A stretch of DNA of 64,000 nucleotides from the human T2T-CHM13v2.0 reference genome, Homo sapiens. A program made the position numbers and the translations under genes. Each line of letters starts with the position of its first letter. The stretch's first letter is position 1. This document shows, piece after piece, positions 54,588 to 64,000 of this stretch. The stretch lies in NCBI RefSeq assembly GCF_009914755.1, contig NC_060932.1. The stretch is one strand, 5' to 3'. The notes under the pieces were generated by a model. That model saw only the letters and a program-made list of their open reading frames with translations. It was not told the DNA's origin and searched no databases.

Positions 54588-56711
54588 TGAAATTATATAT
54601 ATATAAAATACTTAAATATACCCATGTTCACCTATTTTATAAAATTAATACATAAGATAGTATTTAAAGAAAGTAAATGATGTAAGACACCTACAGAGTT
54701 AAATTTTATGTGTGTAGAATACTAAAATAGAAATGTCTTCTGGTAAGTGACACAGTTTGAGGAGTAGGCATGTTTGACTAATCTGTTGACCTAATGCTTA
54801 GTCAAACAGTGTCGTTTCTATTTTATTCTGTATTTTAAAAAATAAAATGTCCAGTTTAATATTTTTTTCCTTTTAATAAGATTCCTCTGCTCTGCTAATA
54901 GGAACCTCGAACTACATTATTTGCCTTTGGTATGTCTGTTGCAGATAGAAGCAGATGTTACCGTAAGAACTCAGAGCTTGCTTCTGCCCTTAGCAAGGGA
55001 GGGCAGTATTGATGGCATTTTTCTTCCTTATTTTCAGAATGAGATAAGTAATTAATTGAAAGCTTTTAGAAGGCTTTAGTTTTAGAGTATCAGGGAAGTG
55101 GAGTATGAACAGCAAATAGCAGATGTCAGTATTTTTTTAAATGTTTTTATTCATAGGCATTTATTTAAAAAAAGAGTAAAAATATAAATAAAAGAAAACT
55201 CATGGAGTGGTGTTGAGAATGAAAAATATATACATACATATACATAAAAGAAACTTTTGTACTAGAATTATTAACTTTACATGATTACAGATAGAGGTCT
55301 TTTTTATGTTCAGACATCAGTCGATCAAAGGGATTTTTTGGTTTGTTTTTCTCTTTTTCTGATAATGAATATGGTAAAAGCAGGCAGGATAATGAGGAGT
55401 AAGTATAAGATTTGGAGTCAGACCACAGTTCAAGTTTTGACTTAGTCCTTTAACTGGCTAAGGGATCTTGGGCAGGTAACCACACTTCTTCACATTTACT
55501 TATTTATTTATTTTGCTTATTAGTAGGAAGCTTCACCTGGATTCTTCACTTTTATAATAGAGTTAAGAATTTCTACCTTCCAGAAAAGCAAAAATTAAAT
55601 TAGCAGAAGTGAAAGTTTTGTAAAAATTTTGTAGAGGTGCCATTGTTACTGAAAAACTGCTTCATTTTTGCCGGGCATGGTGGCTCAGGCCTATAATCCC
55701 AGCACTTTGGGAGGCCGAGGCGGGCAAATTGCCTGAGCTCAGGAGTTTGAGACCAGCCTGGGCAACATGGCAAAATACTGTCTCTACAGAAAATACAAAA
55801 ATGAGCTGGGTGTGGTGGCGCATACCTGTGTTCCCAGCTACTTGGGAGGCTTAGGTGGGAGGATCCTTTGATCCTGGGAGGAGGAGGTCTCAGTAAGCCA
55901 ATATTGCTTCACACTGCACTCCAGCCTGGGTGATGGAGTGAGACCGTGTCTTAAAAAAAAAAAAAAAAAAACTGCTTCATTACTGAGATCCATAAAAAAT
56001 TGCTTCCAGTTTGTAAAGAACTTTAAAAATCAATCTAAGTATGATTTGTAAGGTATTTGAAACAGTAGTGAAAATCCAGGTCCGAAATAAATAGTTGAAA
56101 ATTAGCTATAAAAATTATTTTTTATCATTTTGCCAAATCCAGACTTTTGCTTTTCATATTAAAAATAGTAAACATCATTAGATGTCAGAAGGCAGGTAAA
56201 TCTAGGGGAAAATGTCTAAGCCATAACTATTTGATTGTGTGTAATGATATGTTAACAACAAAACAATATCTTTTAAACTTTTTTGCTCACAGTGGCATGC
56301 TTACAGGGCTATTTTATTATAGTAAGTAAACTGATTTTCTGAGCTTTCTCTAATGAATGTCTTCCATTCTTAAAACTTTCTTGGTTTGTTTTTAACTATA
56401 CACAACTTGGTTTGCTACGTCATCACTGACTTTATTTCATTTAGTTCTGCATTTCTTTGCAATATCAAAAAGTCATACATTTGTGATTCTCTTACTGTTC
56501 GAAAATTGCTTATAGGGATAGTAAAGAGTTATAGAGCAGTGAATAGAGTCAGAATCCTCAGTAGTTTCTTTGCCATGTTGTGTTATCATTCTAGCATGTA
56601 TTATTTTCATTAAGATCAAGTGAATACGAAAAATAATCATGCATGCTGCCACTTTGCCTAAAATGGGAGTGCCTTACTGAATGTAGTATCTGTGTGGTGT
56701 GTGCATTCTCT

Positions 56712-56892
56712 TTCATATATACATATGCCCATGTGTATATATGTATACATTTATTTATTTATTACACATATGTTTATTATGTATACTATATATGCATGTG
56801 TATATGTATATTATATATCCATTAAATGTATATGAATACATGTATATATTATATACTTGCATATACATATGCATATGTATATATGCATATAT
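56712..56892. repeat. Degenerate (TA/TG/CA)n low-complexity tract
   Basis: About 180 nt of alternating purine-pyrimidine TATATG/TACATA. Confidence 0.85.
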
Positions 56893-58986
56893 TGTTATGC
56901 TTACCATTGTTTAAAAAGCCAATAATACTGGTCTTTGAATTCTTGAAAAGAGAGAAATTAAATGACACGAATTGTCTTACCTCATACCGTATCTGAACAT
57001 ATGCCAGCATTATAAATATCATGTCTGCCTTCAAGGGGACAAGAGGGAGCTTTTTCTATATGTTTATTATAGTGAGTAATCAAAATTTTTAGTTTAAAAA
57101 TATTATTTACATTTCCTGAAATTTTAACGTATGAATAGTCTAAAGATATGAACCGTTTTAGCCCTTCATAATCTTTACTCAAATAAAATCTTGGCCTTGT
57201 CAAAGCTTAATCTTGTCTTAGATATAAATTGGTGTTCCCTGATTGCAAATCTAAAATGTAAAGTTCTGTTTTCCATAATTGAAAAATGTCTGTTTAAAAA
57301 CCATGAACTTATTAAAATATTAAGATAGTTTGTTTTCTACCTTATCTAAATATTACTTCCTCTAAAAATTATGGAAATTATTAAATTTCTTTTCCCTTGG
57401 CACATTAAAGAGTCATATAAAAGGTTTTTGGTTTAAAAATTGGATACTGAGTAGGGCAAGAGTCAAACTGTCAGACTTGGTCAGTGGCCAAAATGCCTGC
57501 AAAGCATTTTCTTAAAAAAATAAAATCCCTTTCTGTTACTCAAAATTGAAATTCTCGGTCTTGACTGTTTTGATTGATTGATTTGTAGTCTTCCTGAAGA
57601 ATAATGAAAACATAAGTAGGGAATGAAAGACTTCCAGTTATGATAAGCATTCATTTCATAGAACTGAGGGGAAAAATAGTCACTTTGCCAAGTAAACATA
57701 AAAAATCCTGAGTATTTTAGCTTGGCAGTTAATCTAAGTTTGAGAAGGATATTAGCAAGATAAAGCTCTCTATTGGCTGATGGTAAATGCAAATTGCTTC
57801 TTAGTTACAAGTTTTTATTTTAGATTACAGGCTCTAGGATTTCAAAGTGTCCTTAGCACAGCGTTACTTTACCTGTGTTGGTTACCACACAAGGCATACC
57901 GTCTTCTAAGACTTTTTATTTAATTCCTGTAAGTCTTAGTTCTGCAAAATGGGCATCATAGTAACAGGATTCCAACTCTGTCTACCTCACAAGACTATTT
58001 AGAGAATGTGCACAGTGTACATAATAAATGTTTGCAGAAGTGAAATAATCTGTTTTGAGATAAAATACTATAAAAACATTGGTGTTAAATGTTCACAATC
58101 ACAGTCAATTTTCAGCTTCCCTTGAACACTTCTGCTTGGCAATAGTTCATGCCACCTAATTTTTCCCATTGCAAAGAATATTCTAGTATTCTGGTGAATA
58201 TTTACTCTTTGACTGTCTGTCAACCTGTCACGAAATTACATGCATCTCAAATACTCTCACCTCTCTTCTCTCTCCTTTCAGAGAGAGAAAGCATTTAATC
58301 AGAGCCAGATCTAAGACTAGAACTCACCCTGTCTCACATGGAAATAGAGTAAATATGACCCGGTGTAGATACTTCCTCAGTGGACTAAGTACTCTTAGCC
58401 TGGAATTGTTCCTTTCATTGTAAGAGTTGTGATCTTCACAATGATGCAAATCTGGCTTCATCATATCTAACTTATAATACAAGCCAACCTCACCAGATTG
58501 CAGCTAATGAAATATATTTTTCATAATTCTAAAGTATCTAGGATTTAATTATATAAATTTTAGCTTTCTAGAATGTTGACTTCCTTTCTTTCTCCATATA
58601 ATGGCTTTTAGCCATTGCATAGTAATAAGGCAAAGAAGTGGATGAGAAAGAAGATATAACTCCATTTTGCCCTTTATCAGCACTTATAGAAGGCATGATA
58701 GAGGAGCTGGAAACTGCTTAATGTGGAATTGAAACAGTATTTGTGTTTTTCATCTGCCTGTGATCTATCTTAGATCCCCATTCCAAGGATAGCTGGGGTT
58801 TGAAAGTGTTTCAATATTGCTTCTCTAGGATGTTAATTCCTACTGTCCCAAGTAGGGACTGCATAGTACACATTTTCATTTACTTTAATTAAAAGGGCAC
58901 TTCATGATAGGTTATATTTATTGCAGCCAATACTTTTTAATAAAACTATATTGATTTTTATATATTTTTATTATATTTAATTTCAG

Positions 58987-59085
58987 GTGGAGTGTTATGA
59001 TTATGACAATGATGGGTCACATGATCTCATTGGAACATTTCAGACCACCATGACAAAACTGAAAGAAGCCTCCAGAAGCTCACCT
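58987..59085 (+). CDS. CPNE3: CPNE3 exon, C2B ([16 protein letters not shown]...SSP)
   Basis: TTTCAG| acceptor, CCT|GTAAGT donor; 99 nt, phase 0-0. Confidence 0.96.
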
Positions 59086-60841
59086 GTAAGTTACATCCTT
59101 GCATTTGCATATACTTTATAGTTTGGCTATGTATTTATTACTGTATTTCATTTTTTTCCCATAGCATCAAACGGTTTACTATGCTTTTAGTCTATATTGC
59201 ATAATGCTCCGAAATGTTTAGTAATCACATAATCCACAATTCATACTTGGGGCATGAATTTTATTGAGCAGAACACCACGTAACAGTTACTAATGCCAGA
59301 TGAGGACTCCAACTACATGGAGGACAGCAAAGATGATCACAGTGTCAGTCATTAGGAATAGAAGTCCAATCCTTTTGCCTATTGTATCATCGTATTGAAG
59401 TCAAGGCAAACACAATGCAGGCAAGCACTAGAGGGAACCACACTTTACTTACAGAGAGAAGAGGCAGAGCAATATCAGCTTTAAAAGTAGGCATTGGTTT
59501 CCGTGGCCAGCAGTTCCATCCAGCAACCAATGCAGGGCAGTTGGCCCCAGTGTGCTTATCTAGTGCTGTAGAAGAATGACCCTGCCCCTCTCAAGACTAT
59601 GAAATACTGAAAGCTGGGGGCAGACCTGAGAGTCATTAAGCACAGGCTTCAGCAGGACCAAAGAGCACTTATGGAGCCTGAAGGTATAAATGAATAAGTG
59701 AAGTAATCTAGCCCTTTTTCAATGAGAATTCGGTTTGTGGAATTTCTTTAGCTCTAATATATAATAATTTTTTATTGTTTTTCCTTTCTTTAATTTCTAA
59801 TACTCAATAATTAATACTTATGATTGTGACTGAGACTCCAGCAAGATCCTGAACCATCAAAGAATTTGTTTAACATAATTTTGTTTCACATCATTGTATT
59901 ATACCACGTGTATTTTTTAGTGTTTGATTCTTGGAAAACTAGTAATGACTGTCTGAAGTACATAAGTGGCTTTGTGTTAACCAGAAGAGGTGACTTATCA
60001 AGCATTTATTGAATATCTCTTATATTATTATTAGGCAAGACAGTGAGAATTTGAAGGTATAAGTTGGAGGTGATTATAATGTCACTGTGAAGAAAAAATT
60101 AAATGAGACACTTGAAAATAACACAGAGTATGTAACTAAATTTCATATAGTTGTAGAAATGTAAAGAGGTAGATAGAGATCAGAGAAGACTAGAGTAGCA
60201 GTGGAAGTTACAGAGGAGAACAACTTGATCCAAGCCCTAAAGATGGATAGGGGGATAGGAAGGGGAAGGAAGATCATTCTTTTGGGGGAAGGAAATATAA
60301 AAAAGAGGAGGTGTTAGATCAATTTTTAACATGTATTCCCAGTGGAAAGAGAAGATCTTTGATGCATATTTTACCATAGAGTTGGGCTTCATATATTTGT
60401 TTTATGATGTTATTTTTTTTTCTTTTCTTTGCAGCATATTTTCGTTCTTTATGTTGGTAACAGCTAGGAGTAATATTTTATTTCCTTTATTATACCATGT
60501 TATATCATAGGGCCCAACTCTATGGTAAAATATGCAGCAAAGAGAAAAAAGATTATGCCTTGGAACATTTGCAAGGAAATTACCTGCAGAGGTAAAATTT
60601 ATTTGGGAGAAATATTTTGAAAGGTATGCAATTTTAGGAGTGCCTTAATTGTTGGAAATTTACCTGATAAATATTCCACATACTTAACATATTATGTAAT
60701 TGTTTCAGAGTTATATTTTGCAACAGACCTACATCAGTAGGTAGTTTGATTCTAAAGGAAAAAAAGTCATTCATTTAAAGTCACATTGGCATTTCTAATA
60801 TTGCTAATAAAAAGTAACATTTTTGTCTTCTCTTCCTACAG

Positions 60842-60928
60842 GTTGAATTTGAATGCATAAATGAGAAAAAAAGGCAAAAGAAAAAAAGCTACAAGAATTC
60901 AGGTGTTATCAGTGTGAAACAGTGTGAG
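60842..60928 (+). CDS. CPNE3: CPNE3 exon ([29 protein letters not shown])
   Basis: CCTACAG| acceptor, GAG|GTCCGT donor; 87 nt, phase 0-0. Confidence 0.95.
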
Positions 60929-61957
60929 GTCCGTTGGCCTTGGCTACTTATTTTTATTTATTTATTTATTCTTTTTGAGCTGGAGCCTCGCTCTGTTGCC
61001 CAGGCTGGAGCGCAGTGGTGTGATCTCGGCTCACTGCAACCTCTGCCTCCTGGGTTCAAGCAATTCTCTGCCTCAGCCTCCCAGGTAGCTGGGATTACAG
61101 GCACCCACCACTACACCTGGCTAATTTTTGTATTTTTAGTGGAGACAGGGTTTCACCATGTTGGCCAGGCTGGTCTTGAACTCCTGACCTTGTGATCCAC
61201 CCACCTTGGCCTCCCAAAGTGCTGGGATTACAGGTGTGAGCCACCGCATCCGACCCAAGCCTTGGCTACTTATAATATAATGAGATTATATTTCAAGTTC
61301 TCCTGTTAGTATGTTTATATTAAACAAATACTTGAATTTCAGGCAGTTGAAAATCACATGAGCATCTGGTCACCTTTAGCAAAAAGAATCAAGTAGGGAA
61401 GAACAAAAAAATCAAGTAACCTGTTTCCAAGGTTTGACAACTTATTTGCAAAGGACAAGGATAAGTTTTTCGTTATCTTAGGAAATATAAAGCATCATAG
61501 TATTTTCTCAGCTCTTTAGTGGAAATGACCTTACCCAATGCATTTATCCTCTTCATACTTTCAATATAAAATGTTATGAGTAAAGGGGAAAAGCCAAGAT
61601 TTTTTAGGGTGAACAAGTGGAATGGAGTTTTTGTTTTTTAAAATGTTGACTGCTATGCTTTTTAAAGCCCTCAACATATTGGATTCATTACTAATATCTT
61701 AAAACTTAAAATGAGTGTATTTCATCTTTCGCCATTAGTATTCTAATCTTAACATTGCTACAATTATCTTGAAGCAGAATTTTACAGATTCATGGCACAT
61801 AGGGGAAGGGGTATCTTAAACCTGAATGCAGGGGTAATTTCCATGTTTATATCATGTCCTGTTCAATTTACAGACTTTTAAAAATATATGCCAAAGAGTT
61901 TTTTGCTTCTCTTGTATAGTAGGAGAGTTGTAATTTTAAGTTTTCTCTTATTTTTAG

Positions 61958-62017
61958 ATTACAGTAGAATGCACATTCCTTGACTATATAATGGGAGGAT
62001 GTCAGCTGAATTTTACT
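61958..62017 (+). CDS. CPNE3: CPNE3 exon (ITVECTFLDYIMGGCQLNFT)
   Basis: TTTTTAG| acceptor, ACT|GTAAGT donor; 60 nt, phase 0-0; copine FLDYI-GG motif. Confidence 0.96.
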
Positions 62018-62442
62018 GTAAGTAACACACTGAATTTTTCAGCATAGGCTTTTTCCTCCATGTTGCAGTATATTTTCTTTCACTGCAAAACTGACTTTGT
62101 AATGAAATTTTCACAATCTGTTTAGCATAGTCCTCTTAGAGTCCTCAGGCAGGTTGTCTGGGCTCATCATGAAGCTCTCAGTTTTGTTGATGAGATCTCT
62201 TCCTCCTGAGAGAAAGCAGATGTATACAAACCTACAAACTAGTGGTTATCCTGAACTAATTTAAGGACTAGAAAGCATTAGTGAGACAACCTTATAAAAG
62301 ACAACCCTTAAGCTTAAGTAATGGATACAATAATTCATTATTTAAGCCATCTAGAAAAGTAGAAGCATCAGGTTGTTTCACATTTAGGCTTTACTTGTTT
62401 AATTGTCTATGGAAATAGTGGTAGGCATTTGTTAGGAAGTAG

Positions 62443-62682
<240 letters not shown>

Positions 62683-63038
62683 TGAGTATGACTTTGGAAA
62701 AACTAAAATACATGTTTTCACAATTCCCCAGAAAGGGTAGTTTGTTTCATCGGCTAGCACTCTGATATAGGTGGTAGGTTGATGATGCTTTCTCCCTAAA
62801 ATCCCCCCGTCTTATCTTCTATTTTTCTCCTTGTGGCAATCTTGCTGTTTACCTTAGATCTCTAATATCTTTCTGTGATTAGTTATCATATATGGCATGT
62901 ACTTTGCTTTATATTACATATAGTTTGCTACTTACTTCCTGACTGAATGTCAGCAAGGCTCTTGTTTCTTTAGTCTGGTTTCCTTGGGGCTTATTCATTA
63001 GGCATAAGTTGTATGAGTGATTGAAGCCCAGATGACAT

Positions 63039-63126
63039 GTTTTATAAATACTGTTTATAAATACTAAATATTATTTATGTTAAATACTAAATACTATTTA
63101 TAAATACTAAATACTATTTATGTTAA
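63039..63126. repeat. AT-rich degenerate tandem repeat of TAAATAC/TATTTA units
   Basis: TGTTTATAAATAC twice, then about three copies of TAAATACTAAATA(C/T)TATTTAT-like units. Confidence 0.8.
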
Positions 63127-63814
63127 GAAATAAAAACTATTTCTTAGCATATCTATGTCCTTGGCAGTTGCCAAATTATTTTTTTAACGGTGACTTTTAA
63201 CAAGTGCTGAAGGATAACTAGATCTAATTGCTATGAAATATTCTGAATGGTTATCAATGGTTAGGTTTTGAAAAGATTTAAATAGGTCCTATTGAGGGTT
63301 TACTAAACAATAGGGAAAACATCTGCATTAGTAGTGTTTTTCCTGATGTAGCGTTAAGAGTACAGAATAAAATTTCACTTGCTTTTGTCTATTATTATTT
63401 TATTTACATATTGATGGGGCTTTTCATTAATCTGTAGCATTTAAAGAGGTGAAATTTTTAGGCAAATGCAAAGAAATCTAAAGTAAGGTGGCAATTCCAA
63501 TTTCAGGCTAGTAAGTTTTAAGGTAAAAATCATTAAATATATTTAACATATATAGAAAGTTACTTTATTAGACAGTAGTGAGAGCTTAGAAAGGTGGTCA
63601 AATATAACATAGGATTAAAAAATTAATAATTTCTCACTAGCAGATATTAAAAGTATTATTGCAATTATCTTAAGAGTATGGAATTAGGACATGACCAGTG
63701 GAACCAAGCAAACAGTCCAGAAATAGACCCATGCATATAAGTGAATTTAGGGGAGGGGGTTGTAAAAGCTGTCAAACTGGACAAGAATTGAATTTGGATC
63801 CCTGACTCATACTT

Positions 63815-64000
63815 GCATGTTTTAGGATATTATTCTGTATAAATTAGAGTACAGACCAGACTGCTGAAATAGACACCCAAAAACAAAGTGGCTTTGACAA
63901 AATAGAGGTTTATTTCACTTCACATTGCTAGGGGTAAATATAATAGTTAAGAACTGATAGGGGAGTTCTGCTGTTCTCAATTCACAGCTTCCCTCCGGGG
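63815..64000 (-). mobile_element. Old MLT1-type LTR fragment at the window end
   Basis: AGTGGCTTTGACAAAATAGAGGTTTATTTC resembles antisense MLT1 LTR ends. Confidence 0.45.

Noticed and set aside
54771-54808. 11-bp inverted repeat TGTTTGACTAA...TTAGTCAAACA (and a 9-bp one near 35420-35450)
   Set aside because: Short stems with long loops; plausible by chance or as decayed transposon ends

Overview
Primate (almost certainly human) genomic DNA with two divergently transcribed genes. On the minus strand is the 5' part of RMDN1: coding exons 1-4 at 22858-22730, 21350-21233, 2874-2787 and 878-719, with the gene continuing past the left edge. On the plus strand is the 5' part of CPNE3 (copine-3): two non-coding exons at about 28690-28780 and 29701-29738, then ten coding exons from ATG 42794 to 62681, continuing past the right edge. 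Each gene starts in a CpG island. The 18.4-kb RMDN1 intron 2 holds a full-length processed SLC2A3/GLUT3 pseudogene and an old, Alu-interrupted L1. The rest is about 40 Alus, MIR/L2/L1M/MLT/MER remnants, a Y4 RNA retrocopy and microsatellites. I see no convincing new biological system. The best leads are a candidate upstream RMDN1 first exon at the CPNE3 promoter that would remove the mitochondrial-type leader, a MIR-derived CPNE3 5'UTR exon, a nested Y4/orphan-tail/Alu insertion, and two clean palindromes. Repeat boundaries and subfamily names were read by eye and are approximate.
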